A stretch of 58,165 bases of DNA from an uncultured Clostridia bacterium (GCA_944386715.1 CALXCD010000005.1:1-58165), one strand, 5' to 3'; counted from the first letter of the stretch, positions 40,684 through 52,008 are shown. Notes: a model not told the origin generated them from the sequence alone. Program-made: numbers and translations.

Positions 40684-42441
40684 TTATTCTTTTATTAATA
40701 CGGCTTTTATCCTTCTAATGCCAGAAGAACTAGATTCTTCTTTTTTAATTTTGAATCTTCCTAATTCATTCGTATTGCTAACATGTGGTCCCCCACATAA
40801 TTCTTTTGATACGTCTCCAATAGAATATACTGTAACGATATCTGGATATTTTTCAATAAACATACATTCTGCACCTGATTTAATTGCCTCTTCTTTACTC
40901 ATTTCTTGTTTTGTTACAGGTATTCCTTCTTGTATCCATTCATTAACTAAATCTTCTACAGCCTTTTTTTCTTCTTCTGTTAATTTATGGTCACAATTAA
41001 AATCAAATCTCATTCTTTCAGCTGTAATATTTGATCCTCTTTGATGAGCATCTTTTCCTATTATCTGTTTTAAAGCTGCATTTAATAAATGTGTTGCTGT
41101 ATGATAAGCTATTGTTTCTTCTGTTTGGTCTGCTAATCCACCTTTAAATTTATGTTCTGAACCTGCTCTTGATTTTTCCTGATGTTGTTTGAATAATTTT
41201 TCAAATTCCTCTAAATCAATTTGGAATCCGTTTTCTTCTGCCAATTCTTTTGTTACTTCAGGTGGAAATCCATAAGTATCATATAGTCTGAATACTACTT
41301 GTCCATTTATCACGTTTGTTCCTGCCTGTTTTGCTTTTTGCATTTCTTTGTTAAATTCTCTTTCTCCATGTGCTAATGTTTTTACAAATTTATTTTTTTC
41401 TTCTAAAAGCACCTCTTGAATAGTTGCTTGATTTTTCTCTAGTTCTGGATACATTCCTTTTAAGTTCTCCACATTAATTGCAATTAGTGTAGAGATTTCG
41501 TCTAAACTAATTTGTAATTTATTAAGATGTCTTATCATTCTTCTAATAAGCCTTCTTAATACATAACCTCTATCGATATTACTTGGTCTTCCACCATCTG
41601 CAATAATCATCATACTAGAACGTAAATGTTCTGCTACTATTCTTCTACTTTGAATACTATCTATTTTTTGTAATTCTTCTAATTTTTTCATGATTGGTTC
41701 AAAAAGTTCTGTGTCATAAGGTGTTTCTTTTCCTTGTAATAACATTGTCATTCTTTCTAAACCTAATCCTGTATCTACATTTTTTTGTTCTAATTTAGTA
41801 TATCCATTTTTATCCTTAAAATATTCCATAAATACATTATTCCAAATTTCCACATATTTACCACAATCACAAGATGGTTGACAATCTGGTGAACATGCAG
41901 GCTTTCCTGTATCATAAAACATTTCTGTATCTGGTCCACATGGTCCTTCTTCTCCTGCAATCCACCAATTATCGTCTTTTCCATAAAAATAGATTCTTTC
42001 TTCTGGAATTCCTGCTTTTTTCCAGCAAGAAGCTGATACTTCATCTTTTGGACAGTCTTCATCTCCTGCAAAACAAGTAACAGATAATTTTTCTGCTGGT
42101 ATTTGTAATTCTTTTGTTAAAAAATCATAACTCATTTGAATAGATTCTTCTTTGAAATAATCTCCTAATGACCAGTTTCCTAACATTTCAAAATAAGTCA
42201 AATGTCTATTATCTCCCACTTCTTCTATATCATTTGTTCTTACACATTTTTGATAATCTGTTAATCTGGTTCCTTCTGGATGTTTTTCTCCTAATAAATA
42301 TGGTACTAATGGTTGCATTCCTGCTGTTGTGAATAATACAGATGGGTCATTTTCTGGTATTAATGGTGCTGATGGAATGACATTGTGCCCATGATTTTTA
42401 AAAAAGTTTAAATATTTATTTCTGATTTCTATTGCTTTCAT
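40684..42441 (-). CDS. alaS: Alanine--tRNA ligase, short form without C-Ala domain (585 aa)
   Basis: LFTTAGMQP, FEMLGNWS, DTGLGLER, editing HTATHLL..ELCGGPH; ATG 42441 behind AGGAG. Confidence 0.95.
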   Translation of the reverse strand: MKAIEIRNKYLNFFKNHGHNVIPSAPLIPENDPSVLFTTAGMQPLVPYLLGEKHPEGTRLTDYQKCVRTNDIEEVGDNRHLTYFEMLGNWSLGDYFKEESIQMSYDFLTKELQIPAEKLSVTCFAGDEDCPKDEVSASCWKKAGIPEERIYFYGKDDNWWIAGEEGPCGPDTEMFYDTGKPACSPDCQPSCDCGKYVEIWNNVFMEYFKDKNGYTKLEQKNVDTGLGLERMTMLLQGKETPYDTELFEPIMKKLEELQKIDSIQSRRIVAEHLRSSMMIIADGGRPSNIDRGYVLRRLIRRMIRHLNKLQISLDEISTLIAINVENLKGMYPELEKNQATIQEVLLEEKNKFVKTLAHGEREFNKEMQKAKQAGTNVINGQVVFRLYDTYGFPPEVTKELAEENGFQIDLEEFEKLFKQHQEKSRAGSEHKFKGGLADQTEETIAYHTATHLLNAALKQIIGKDAHQRGSNITAERMRFDFNCDHKLTEEEKKAVEDLVNEWIQEGIPVTKQEMSKEEAIKSGAECMFIEKYPDIVTVYSIGDVSKELCGGPHVSNTNELGRFKIKKEESSSSGIRRIKAVLIKE

Positions 42442-42475
42442 AGTTAGTCTCCTTTTTGTATTAATTTTCTCCCAA

Positions 42476-42551
42476 ATTATATCGCACAAGTTGGAAAAAA
42501 TCAAGGAATTTTGCTCTTTTCCTTGATTTTTTATCTTTTTTTTTATATAAT
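42476..42551. promoter_or_regulatory. Back-to-back divergent sigmaA promoters for alaS and tRNA-Gly
   Basis: TTGATT-N17-TATAAT on both strands (42504-42476 minus; 42523-42551 plus); both -35 boxes lie in a 14-bp inverted repeat. Confidence 0.75.
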
Positions 42552-42566
42552 GGATTTATGGTTTAT

Positions 42567-42640
<74 letters not shown>

Positions 42641-42662
42641 TTTATGTTTCCTCAAACTTGTA

Positions 42663-44609
42663 TCAATTACCTTTCATTTTACTCAAACAATCTTTTATAT
42701 ATTGTTGCAAATTAGGATCAACACAAAATACATAGCAACCTTTTCTTCCCCTTGTCATCAAACACCTATATGTATTTTTAATAATATCATCAGCTATTTT
42801 TTGAGCTTTTTCAGGATTATCTAGCATTTTTTTTGCTATTCCTTTTAGTGATTGATCTGTTTTTGCTCTTTTGGTATAATCTGTAATAATATGATTATTC
42901 TCATATCTTAAATCCTCTCCAATAATAACTCCAACATAATCAAAATCTACCCCTTGACAAGTATAAATACATCCCACTTCATTAATAGATTTAGGATCTA
43001 TTGCCCAAGTAAAAGTATTGGCTAAATTCCAACTCATCTCGAAATCATATTGAGGAATTTTAATATCATGAACATTTGGATCATTCTTACCTTTAGAAAT
43101 CCAATCCCAACAATAACCTGCAACTAGTCTAGAATTATTATTACTCTTATTTTTTTCTTCTATTAACTTTCTTAATTCATTTGGATTATCTATTACTCTA
43201 AAATCATACAAAAATTCAAAATTGCAACCTTCATCTTTCCTAATTTCTAACATATTATCTAGCCAGTTCAAATATTTGCTATTCTGGACAAATCGAAATT
43301 GTTCTGTTAAATCCACCTTTTCAATCTTTGCCCCCAATTTATTGGCATAATCACAAATCAAATCAATACTACCAATCTCATCCATATTAATTCTTTGTGT
43401 TTCGTCTATAAAAAATATAGTAAATTTGGAAGCATTTATTATTTCTTTTATTTGATTTTCACCACGATTTTTAAACAAGCCTGATTTTGCTTGCAACCTA
43501 TTAGCATCATCTACAATAACACAATCATACAAATTAGGTTCTGAATCTACAAACATTCCAGAAGTTTTTAGTAAATTTCTTAAATATTTTTCTTGACCTT
43601 CCCCTTTTAATTGTTGATAAAATACTTCACGTGATGAAGCACTTTTCGTTACAAAAGTTGTTACATAAGATTCTTCCACAAATTTAGATAACAAATGTCT
43701 TGCTAAAAAAGTTTTTCCAGTTCCAGGTGCTCCATTAACAATCAGCACACTTTTTTTATTAGTTTCACATGCTTCTTTTAATAAACATATCGCTTTTTCA
43801 AAAATTTCATTCTGTTTGTTTGACAATTCAAATCTTTCTTTATTATATTCTTTACACTCTTCTTTTAATTCTAGGTTACTAATTTGCTCAGATTCTTTTG
43901 CATAGTCAGATATCTTATTACCTAAATATTCCAATCCATCAGAAATCGTCTCCATAAAAACTATATTTTTACCTGTTCTGTTATAATATTCTTTAGCTAA
44001 AATTTTTTTGTTCTCTAAATACGTTTTATCTCTTGTAATAAAACAGATATCATAAACAGATTTTGCAAGAATTGTTTCCCATATATATTCATCACAAATG
44101 GTTAAGGCTCTATCTCCACTTTTTTCACTTCGAGGTACTCCCCCTAAATGATTTCTTTTTAAAGCCTTTTGATACACTTCATCATCATGAGAATAAAGAA
44201 TAGTTTCTGGATTATCTACTATCTTATGAAACATATTAAGTACAATATCTGAATTATCAGATCCAATAATTTCTTCTATCTTTTCTTTAAAACTTACTAT
44301 ATTAGCTTTTATCTCTCCTATCTTTTTTCTAGATTCGGAATTCATCACTTTTATATCTTTTTCAAAAATTCCTAATGGTTCTAAATTAAAGAAATTCTCA
44401 TTAGCTTTTTTGCATAATTCATTTGCTTTATCTAAAAGACTATGCAACTCTTTATTCCTATTTCGTTCAAATTCATCTATCACCTGTTCAGAAATGATAA
44501 TATCATTACAATCAGATAATTTGTTCAAAATTTCCATATTTTCGTCTTTATATCGATAAAAATCAAGATATTTATTGGTATCTATAAATATTTTTTGTTT
44601 ACTTGTCAC
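42663..44609 (-). CDS. PIN-like domain fused to DUF2075 (Schlafen group 3-type) helicase
   Basis: IFIDTN..QVIDEF..ICDEYIWE..FITRD PIN acidic residues; GAPGTGKT, VDDANRL, IYTCQGVDFDY, YRCLMTRG. Confidence 0.8.
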   Translation of the reverse strand: MTSKQKIFIDTNKYLDFYRYKDENMEILNKLSDCNDIIISEQVIDEFERNRNKELHSLLDKANELCKKANENFFNLEPLGIFEKDIKVMNSESRKKIGEIKANIVSFKEKIEEIIGSDNSDIVLNMFHKIVDNPETILYSHDDEVYQKALKRNHLGGVPRSEKSGDRALTICDEYIWETILAKSVYDICFITRDKTYLENKKILAKEYYNRTGKNIVFMETISDGLEYLGNKISDYAKESEQISNLELKEECKEYNKERFELSNKQNEIFEKAICLLKEACETNKKSVLIVNGAPGTGKTFLARHLLSKFVEESYVTTFVTKSASSREVFYQQLKGEGQEKYLRNLLKTSGMFVDSEPNLYDCVIVDDANRLQAKSGLFKNRGENQIKEIINASKFTIFFIDETQRINMDEIGSIDLICDYANKLGAKIEKVDLTEQFRFVQNSKYLNWLDNMLEIRKDEGCNFEFLYDFRVIDNPNELRKLIEEKNKSNNNSRLVAGYCWDWISKGKNDPNVHDIKIPQYDFEMSWNLANTFTWAIDPKSINEVGCIYTCQGVDFDYVGVIIGEDLRYENNHIITDYTKRAKTDQSLKGIAKKMLDNPEKAQKIADDIIKNTYRCLMTRGRKGCYVFCVDPNLQQYIKDCLSKMKGN

Positions 44610-44615
44610 AATTCA

Positions 44616-45605
44616 TCACTCCGATTTTATTCCATTCGCATATTTTATTTGTTGATTTTCTATTAATTCATAAATAGATAATTTCGTTTTTAATTTTTCC
44701 TTTTCACTCATTTTAATAGCAGTAATTTGATTATTGGTATAAGTTTTATAATAATAAATCCCCTTACTTAAATTGATACAACAAGAATATGTCGTAATAT
44801 CATATTTTCCTTCCTTTGTCATAGTTGCTCCTTGAACCATTGCAACAGAATCTAATATATGAAAAAATTGCGTAACAGAAGACTCTTCATCTTCCTTACA
44901 TATTGAATTTAATTTATAAAAAGCTGCCCTAATAAACCTTGATGCAGGTGAAACATCTCCTGGTAAGCCTATCGCTCCCATTCCCTGACCATAAGCTTGC
45001 AAATCTATTTTATTAGAAAACCCTTTTTCTTTATTATTTGGTGTTAAATTCATATAATTATTAAGATTCATCAAATGGTAATCAAAAGGGGGATTATTTG
45101 TTAATACTCCTACAGGATTGTCATAAATTTTTAGCCCATCTTTCATTTGTTCCAGTACAATACAATTTTCCCCATCACTTATCATCCAATGCAAATCAGC
45201 TATTGGTAATCCTTGCACAAATGGTATATTAGTAATATTTAGATTTTTAATATTATTTTTTATTTCGGCAACTGTTGCATACTGTCCTAAAAAATAAGGT
45301 ATTAATTCATAAGGAGCTAAATTCAAATTAGAATCCTTTGGTTCAAAAAAATATGCATTTTGAGGAAAATATAACCCTGCCATTGCAAGTCCTCTTTCAT
45401 TCGCTGCTTCTGCATACAAAGGATAATTCTGAACAACAGAAGCCATACCAATCATGGCATATTTTGTAAAAATGGTACTTCCATTCTTCAAATCAAATTT
45501 ATAGTTTCTTGGTGTAATAACAACTTTTTCTCCAAATCTTTCATCTAAATCTAAATTTCTTCCAAAATAATAATCTTTTGTTTTTAAATCAATACATGTA
45601 CACAT
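44616..45605 (-). CDS. bsh: Choloylglycine hydrolase (bile salt hydrolase / penicillin V acylase family)
   Basis: N-terminal nucleophile MCT, YFGRNLD, VLTNNPPF, GLPGD..SRFIR. Confidence 0.9.
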   Translation of the reverse strand: MCTCIDLKTKDYYFGRNLDLDERFGEKVVITPRNYKFDLKNGSTIFTKYAMIGMASVVQNYPLYAEAANERGLAMAGLYFPQNAYFFEPKDSNLNLAPYELIPYFLGQYATVAEIKNNIKNLNITNIPFVQGLPIADLHWMISDGENCIVLEQMKDGLKIYDNPVGVLTNNPPFDYHLMNLNNYMNLTPNNKEKGFSNKIDLQAYGQGMGAIGLPGDVSPASRFIRAAFYKLNSICKEDEESSVTQFFHILDSVAMVQGATMTKEGKYDITTYSCCINLSKGIYYYKTYTNNQITAIKMSEKEKLKTKLSIYELIENQQIKYANGIKSE

Positions 45606-46486
45606 TAAAATTCCCTTCCTTTTATTAAATTTTGCCAATCTGGTAATATAATCTCTTTAGAGTCTAAATATGTTAAAATATCACTATTTTTTTGGAAATT
45701 GAATTTTAATTTATATGCCCATAATAATTGTGTATTTTGTTTGAATTTTCTATTAATTTCATTTTTACCATATTTTCCATCTCCAATAATTGGATAACCT
45801 AAATAAGCCAAATGCGCTCTTATTTGATGCGTCCTTCCAGTTTCAATTTCTACATCTAATAAAGCTGTATTATTTCTTCTCTTTTCTAACACAGTATAAC
45901 TAGTTATAATTGGCTGATAACCTTTTTCAAACTCATCTTTAATATATACCCTTGCCTTCTTATTATCTTTAAATAAATAACTTTTTATTCTCTTACTTTT
46001 TTGATTTGGTATTCCATATACGAAAGCCAAATAATGTTTTTCTATTTCATGGTTTTTAAACTTTTCTAGCATAATTTGTAATGCTTTTTCCGATTTTGCA
46101 AACACTACTAACCCCATTGTATTTCTATCAATACGATGACATGGATTTATTTTTTCTCTTTCTTTGCATTGCCCTCGCAATTTCTCTGTTAAACTATTTT
46201 GACCAGTTACCTCCATTCCAGCTTCTTTATTTACTACTAAAATATTGTTATCTTCATATATGATTTGAATTACTTTATCTTCTTTCTTCTGTTCTGGTAA
46301 ATACAAAATAATTTCATCATTATCATATACAATAATATCTTTATTAACTCTTTTTCCATTTACTTTAATATCTTTTTTTCTTAACAGCTTGCAAAACAAA
46401 GGATAATGTATCTCCTTTTTTTCATCTAATACTATTTTACTTAATTTTTTATTATCATACTTTTTATCTACAATTAACTTTTCCAT
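45605..46486 (-). CDS. RluA-family pseudouridine synthase
   Basis: S4 domain, HRIDRNTMG, TGRTHQIR..PIIGDGKYG. Confidence 0.92.
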   Translation of the reverse strand: MEKLIVDKKYDNKKLSKIVLDEKKEIHYPLFCKLLRKKDIKVNGKRVNKDIIVYDNDEIILYLPEQKKEDKVIQIIYEDNNILVVNKEAGMEVTGQNSLTEKLRGQCKEREKINPCHRIDRNTMGLVVFAKSEKALQIMLEKFKNHEIEKHYLAFVYGIPNQKSKRIKSYLFKDNKKARVYIKDEFEKGYQPIITSYTVLEKRRNNTALLDVEIETGRTHQIRAHLAYLGYPIIGDGKYGKNEINRKFKQNTQLLWAYKLKFNFQKNSDILTYLDSKEIILPDWQNLIKGREF

Positions 46487-46544
46487 GCATTTATTATATC
46501 CAAAAGAAAAGAAATACGCAAGTGAGTTCGTATTTCTTTTGTTT

Positions 46545-47075
46545 CTACTTTTCTAATTGTTTCATCATTTCTTCATATTGCTTATAATTTGGTTCTACTT
46601 TTTCCAATAACTGATAAAAGGATTTTGCATGTGTTTTATATTTCAAATGACAATATTGATGTAAAACTACATAATCTATCAAATCTCTATGATATTTTAC
46701 TATTTCAGGATGAATAATAATTTTATTTTCCTCACATTTTCCCAATTTTTTACTCATCTTCTGAATCGTATAATCTTCTGGAGCAAATCCCAACAAAATT
46801 CTTGCTTTTTCCATTGCTCTTTCTACTTCTACTTTTGCAATTTGTTCATACATTTTTTCAATCGCTAAATCCAAAATTTGTGTATTAGATGTTTTTTTAT
46901 ATTTATTAGGTAGTGATATTTTAATTGTTTTCTGCTCTACATCTAGTTCTGCAATTTTAATATTTTTGTATTCTATCTTCACTTTATAATCAATGCCTAA
47001 AACTGGAACAGGATGTCTTTCTATACTAGATTTTATTACTGTTTTTAATTCTACTCTTTTTTTTACAAGATTCAT
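46545..47075 (-). CDS. YgjP/M48-like (DUF45) protein with degenerate HExxH
   Basis: IDYVVLHQYCHL..H...FY pattern; catalytic Glu replaced by Gln. Confidence 0.7.
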   Translation of the reverse strand: MNLVKKRVELKTVIKSSIERHPVPVLGIDYKVKIEYKNIKIAELDVEQKTIKISLPNKYKKTSNTQILDLAIEKMYEQIAKVEVERAMEKARILLGFAPEDYTIQKMSKKLGKCEENKIIIHPEIVKYHRDLIDYVVLHQYCHLKYKTHAKSFYQLLEKVEPNYKQYEEMMKQLEK

Positions 47076-47212
47076 TTTTATCACTCCTTAACAAATTTTC
47101 GTTTCCCAAATTCTTGTTCGTTTTTTGTTGTTCTTATTTTATATCCTATTGATTTTTTTGTCAATAGTTTTTTGAAAAAAAATAAAATTTTTGTTCGTTT
47201 ATTGTTTTATAA

Positions 47213-47412
47213 TTATTAAGTATATTTATATTATTTTACAACACCGCGTAAGCGAACAAACGAGCAAGGCGAGTGCGATTGGAGCAACTTGAAACACCTC
47301 ATAAGCGAACAAACAAACAAGGCAAGTGCAATTGGAACAACTTTCATTAATATGTTTTAACGAAAGTTGCGACACACAAGGTGTAAAAAAATAATATAAA
47401 TATACTTAATAA
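47213..47412. repeat. 200-bp inverted-repeat element with internal 53-bp tandem duplication
   Basis: ttattaagtatatttatattatttt/aaaataatataaatatacttaataa arms; acacc..taagcgaacaaac..caactt at 47241 and 47294. Confidence 0.8.
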
Positions 47413-47488
47413 AATGTTATTATCACATTTTAAAACATCGCAAACAAGAGAACAAAAAAATAGCCCCTAAAGGCTATTCTTATTAAGC

Positions 47489-48490
47489 TTATTTCATTGC
47501 TTCTTCAACTGCAACTGCAACTGCAACAGAAGCACCAACCATTGGGTTATTACCCATACCGATTAATCCCATCATTTCTACATGTGCTGGTACAGAAGAA
47601 CTTCCTGCAAATTGTGCATCTGAATGCATTCTTCCCATCGTATCAGTCATACCATAAGATGCTGGTCCAGCTGCCATATTATCTGGATGAAGTGTTCTTC
47701 CTGTTCCTCCACCAGATGCCACTGAGAAATATTTCTTTCCTGCTTCAATTCTTTCTTTCTTATAAGTTCCTGCTACTGGATGTTGGAATCTTGTTGGATT
47801 TGTTGAATTTCCTGTAATAGATACATCTACATCTTCTAGCCACATAATAGCTACACCTTCTCTTACGTCATTCGCTCCATAGCACTTAACTTTTGCTCTT
47901 TCTCCATCTGAATATGGAATTTCTTCTATTACATTTACCTTTCCTGTAAAGAAATCAAAATCTGTTTTTACATAAGTAAATCCGTTTATTCTTGATATAA
48001 CTTGTGCTGCATCTTTTCCTAATCCATTTAAAATAACCCTTAATGGTTCTTTTCTTACTTTATTAGCTGATTTTGCAATACCAATAGCTCCTTCTGCTGC
48101 TGCAAAGCTCTCATGTCCTGCTAAAAATGCAAAACATTTTGTATCTTCTGATAATAACATAGAAGCTAAATTTCCATGTCCTAATCCTACTTTTCTATCA
48201 TCTGCTACAGAACCAGGAATACAAAATGCTTGTAATCCCTCTCCTATTGCTTTTGCTGCATCAGCTGCTTTTGTACATCCTTTCTTAATTGCAATTGCTG
48301 CACCTAAAGTATATGCCCAAGCTGCATTTTCAAAACAAATTGGTTGTACTCCTTTTACTATCTCATATGGATTGAATCCCTTATCTGTACATATTTTTAA
48401 TGCATCTTCGAAATCTTTTATTCCGTATTTTTCCATCACTGGTTTAATTTGTTCTATTCTTCTTTCATAACTTTCAAATGTTACTGCCAT
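47489..48490 (-). CDS. GGGtGRT protein
   Basis: ASGGGTGRTLHPDN signature. Confidence 0.93.
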   Translation of the reverse strand: MAVTFESYERRIEQIKPVMEKYGIKDFEDALKICTDKGFNPYEIVKGVQPICFENAAWAYTLGAAIAIKKGCTKAADAAKAIGEGLQAFCIPGSVADDRKVGLGHGNLASMLLSEDTKCFAFLAGHESFAAAEGAIGIAKSANKVRKEPLRVILNGLGKDAAQVISRINGFTYVKTDFDFFTGKVNVIEEIPYSDGERAKVKCYGANDVREGVAIMWLEDVDVSITGNSTNPTRFQHPVAGTYKKERIEAGKKYFSVASGGGTGRTLHPDNMAAGPASYGMTDTMGRMHSDAQFAGSSSVPAHVEMMGLIGMGNNPMVGASVAVAVAVEEAMK

Positions 48491-48907
48491 TTAATTTTCC
48501 TCCTTTAATATATTTTCCAAATTATTTATTATTTCATTTATATCTGTATATGGAATAATTTTTAATTTATTATTACCTCTAAGCATTGTAGTAATTTTGG
48601 GCATTACAGTTTTATCATAAACACATATTATTCTTTTATTTTGGCTATCTGCATACCCAAGTTCATATCCAACACCTAATGATGGAACTGTTACTTCTGC
48701 AAAAATTAAATCTGCTCGCTTAAGTCTATTTACTAAACTTTCGAAAACTTCATTATCTGAAACGCTTGCTTCTCTATCTAAAACATTATCATCAGCAACT
48801 TCTTCATCTAAAACTGTTCCAAACTTAGCTAACTCTTTTACTAATTTTTTATATGTATCTAATTTTTGCCTTCCACCATATATTGAACCTGAAAAATAAA
48901 TATTCAT
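48491..48907 (-). CDS. Nucleoside 2-deoxyribosyltransferase / DNPH1 (Rcl)-like protein
   Basis: IYFSGSIYGG, AEVTVPSLGVGYELG. Confidence 0.85.
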   Translation of the reverse strand: MNIYFSGSIYGGRQKLDTYKKLVKELAKFGTVLDEEVADDNVLDREASVSDNEVFESLVNRLKRADLIFAEVTVPSLGVGYELGYADSQNKRIICVYDKTVMPKITTMLRGNNKLKIIPYTDINEIINNLENILKEEN

Positions 48908-48921
48908 ATCTTACCTTCCTA

Positions 48922-49614
48922 TTATTCTTTTCTTGGATCTATTTTCTTAACAGCTTCATCAAATCTTCCATATTTACCAGAAGCTTTTTCTATTGCTTCC
49001 ATTGGATCCATTCCTTTTTTGATGTTATCCATCATTTTTCCCATATGAACATATTTGTATCCAATAATTTGGTCATCTTTGTCTAATCCTAATTCTACTA
49101 TGTAACCTTCTGTTAATTGTAGATATCTTGGTCCTTTCAATTTACTTGAATAAATAGTTCCTACTTGGCTTGTATGTCCTTTTCCTAAGTCCTCTAAACC
49201 AGCTCCTACTGGAAGACCTCCTTCTGAAAAAGCTGTTTGTGTTCTTCCATATACGATTTGTAGGAATAATTCTCTCATAGCAGTATTAATAGCATCACAA
49301 ACTAAATCTGTATTTAATGCTTCTAATATTGTTTTTCCTACTAAGATTTCTCCTGCCATTGCTGCTGAATGTGTCATTCCAGAACATCCAATTGTTTCTA
49401 CCAATGCTTCTTGAATAATACCATCTTTTACATTCAAAGTTAATTTACATGCTCCTTGTTGTGGTGCACACCATCCAATTCCATGTGTCAAACCTGAAAT
49501 GTCTTTTATTTCTTTTGCTTTTACCCATTTACCTTCTTCTGGTATTGGTGCTGGACCATGGTCTACTCCTTTTTTTACTACGCACATTTCTTCTAATTCT
49601 TTTGAATAAATCAT
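48922..49614 (-). CDS. NifU/IscU N-terminal-like scaffold protein (usual GGGtGRT partner)
   Basis: GWCAPQQGACKL, TIGCSGMTHSA, LVCDAIN. Confidence 0.82.
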   Translation of the reverse strand: MIYSKELEEMCVVKKGVDHGPAPIPEEGKWVKAKEIKDISGLTHGIGWCAPQQGACKLTLNVKDGIIQEALVETIGCSGMTHSAAMAGEILVGKTILEALNTDLVCDAINTAMRELFLQIVYGRTQTAFSEGGLPVGAGLEDLGKGHTSQVGTIYSSKLKGPRYLQLTEGYIVELGLDKDDQIIGYKYVHMGKMMDNIKKGMDPMEAIEKASGKYGRFDEAVKKIDPRKE

Positions 49615-49684
49615 TTTAATTGCTCCTTTCAATACTTTGTTTTTTATTTATCTAATGTATTTAGGTTTCCCTAAAATTAATGAC

Positions 49685-50392
49685 TTATGAAATATCTTTT
49701 TGCGTTTTTGCCCTACGAATTTCTTCTTCTGACAATAAAATTTGATTTTTCTTAATCTTTTCATCTTTTGTCGCAACATATTCCACATTTTGTATACTTT
49801 CATAATTTTGTGTTGTATAATCTACTATATTTTTTATATCCTGTATATAAATTCCTGTTTCATATACTTCTTTTCTTCCCATCATTTTAGGTCCATTGAT
49901 ATATCTTTTTAAAATTTCTCTATCTTTTTTACTAACTTGTTCTGGTCCAATTCCTAAATATTGATATCTCCATATAACATGCCTTTCATAACTATTAAAA
50001 TCCGAATTTCTCAAATCCTCATATCCGTATTCTACTTTAAATTTAAGATTTTGAATAGAAATGGTTATATTACTCCAAATTGTTCCAGATTCTGATTTCC
50101 TAAATTCTTCTCTTAATTCCTTCACTTTGTCATATAAAATTTCTACCAATTTTAAATATTCTTTTTCTTCCAAATTAAATTTTGCTGGTATTTCATATAC
50201 ATTAACAGGATTTTTCTTAAAAATCCCTTTTGGAATATAATAAAAGAATAGTTCACCATTCTGGATTTTTTTAGGCATATCAATAACAGAGCTGTAAAGA
50301 TATAGTTTTTCCCATTTCTCTGGTATCATATAAAATAATTTTCGTTGTATGTCTTCATAAATCTCTTTTACTTTTTTGGTATGATTTAACAT
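49685..50392 (-). CDS. YezG/DUF600-like immunity protein
   Basis: IYEDIQRKLFYMIPEKWEKLYL..FFYY..WSNITI..W.Y.YLG pattern. Confidence 0.65.
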   Translation of the reverse strand: MLNHTKKVKEIYEDIQRKLFYMIPEKWEKLYLYSSVIDMPKKIQNGELFFYYIPKGIFKKNPVNVYEIPAKFNLEEKEYLKLVEILYDKVKELREEFRKSESGTIWSNITISIQNLKFKVEYGYEDLRNSDFNSYERHVIWRYQYLGIGPEQVSKKDREILKRYINGPKMMGRKEVYETGIYIQDIKNIVDYTTQNYESIQNVEYVATKDEKIKKNQILLSEEEIRRAKTQKDIS

Positions 50393-50398
50393 AACTTT

Positions 50399-51940
50399 TT
50401 ATTCCTTATCTAATAAACTTTCTCCAGTCATTTCTTCTGGCTTTTCTAGATTCATTAAATCAAGCATTGTTGGTGCTAAATCAGCAAGTTTTCCACCTGT
50501 TTTTAATTTTAATTTTTCATTTTTGGTTAATAATATCAATGGTACAGGATTTGTAGTATGTGCCGTATGTGGCTCTCCTGTTGCATAATCTATCATTTGT
50601 TCTGCATTTCCATGATCTGCAGTAATTAATAAATTTCCCTCTTTTTCTTCTACTAATTTTACTACTTTTCCTACACATTCATCCACTGCTTCTACCGCTT
50701 TTATAGCTGCTTCTAAACTTCCTGTATGTCCTACCATATCGGTATTGGCATAATTTAAAATAATACAATCATAATAATCTTTTTGAATTGCTTCTATTAC
50801 TTTATCTGTTACTTCATAAGCACTCATTTCTGGTTTTAAATCATAAGTTTCTACCTTAGGAGATGGTACTAAAATTCTATCCTCTCCTTTAAATAATTTT
50901 TCTTCTCCTCCATTAAAGAAGAAAGTAACATGTGCATATTTTTCTGTTTCTGCAATTCTAAGCTGTGTATAACCTAGTTTACTAACATATTCACCAAATG
51001 TATTATGCAAGGTTTCTTTTTGGAAAGCAATATGCACATTTGGCATTGTTTCATCATAATTAGTAAAACATACAAAATATAAATTTAAATCCTTTTTAGT
51101 TTCAAAATCATTAAATTCTGGATCCACTAGTGCTCTTGTTATTTCTCTTGCTCTGTCTGGTCTAAAATTAAAGAAAATAACAGAATCATTTTTCTCAATT
51201 GTTGCTACTGGTTCTTCTCCATTACAAATAACAGTAGGTTCTACAAACTCATCAAACACCTCTTTTTGATAAGAATCCTCTATCGCTTTTACAGCACTAC
51301 TTGCCTTTTTTCCTTCTCCTTTTACTAAAGCATCATAGCATTTTTGCACTCTTTCCCATCTTTTATCTCTATCCATACTGTAAAATCTTCCACAAATACT
51401 TGCTATTTTTCCAATTTCTTTTTCTTGCATTTTTTCTTGTAATTTTACAATATAACTTTCTGCTGATGCAGGTGGAGTATCTCTACCATCCAAAAAGCAA
51501 TGTACATATACATCCTCAAAATCTCTTCTTTTAGCCATTTCTAATAGTCCATATAAATGTCTATTGTGGCTATGCACACCACCATCTGATACTAAACCTA
51601 AAATGTGCAATTTTGAATTGTGTTTTTTACAGTTTTCAATTGCTGCTATAAATTCAGGATTTGTAAAGAAATCTCCATCCTCTATTGATTTTGTTATTCT
51701 TGTTAATTCCTGATATACAATTCTTCCTGCTCCTATATTTGTATGTCCTACCTCTGAATTTCCCATTTGTCCTTCTGGCAATCCTACAGCTAAACCACTT
51801 GTAAATATATCTGTATTAGGATATTTTTTCATTAGTTTATCAATATTAGGTGTTTTTGCTAATTTTATTGCATTTCCATCTTTGTTTTGGTTATCTCCAA
51901 AACCATCTAAGATTATTAGCATTGTAAGTTTATCTTTCAT
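50399..51940 (-). CDS. gpmI: 2,3-bisphosphoglycerate-independent phosphoglycerate mutase
   Basis: [42 protein letters not shown]. Confidence 0.97.
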   Translation of the reverse strand: MKDKLTMLIILDGFGDNQNKDGNAIKLAKTPNIDKLMKKYPNTDIFTSGLAVGLPEGQMGNSEVGHTNIGAGRIVYQELTRITKSIEDGDFFTNPEFIAAIENCKKHNSKLHILGLVSDGGVHSHNRHLYGLLEMAKRRDFEDVYVHCFLDGRDTPPASAESYIVKLQEKMQEKEIGKIASICGRFYSMDRDKRWERVQKCYDALVKGEGKKASSAVKAIEDSYQKEVFDEFVEPTVICNGEEPVATIEKNDSVIFFNFRPDRAREITRALVDPEFNDFETKKDLNLYFVCFTNYDETMPNVHIAFQKETLHNTFGEYVSKLGYTQLRIAETEKYAHVTFFFNGGEEKLFKGEDRILVPSPKVETYDLKPEMSAYEVTDKVIEAIQKDYYDCIILNYANTDMVGHTGSLEAAIKAVEAVDECVGKVVKLVEEKEGNLLITADHGNAEQMIDYATGEPHTAHTTNPVPLILLTKNEKLKLKTGGKLADLAPTMLDLMNLEKPEEMTGESLLDKE

Positions 51941-52008
51941 TATTTTATCCTTCCTTTCTAATGTTCAAGAGTTTATAACTAAGTTTTATTTTTTCAATAG
52001 CAATTATT

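Noticed and set aside
47241-47343. Possible mini-CRISPR or LexA boxes (CGAACAAA)
   Set aside because: Only two abutting units without unique spacers, no cas genes, and no complete GAAC-N4-GTTC palindrome.
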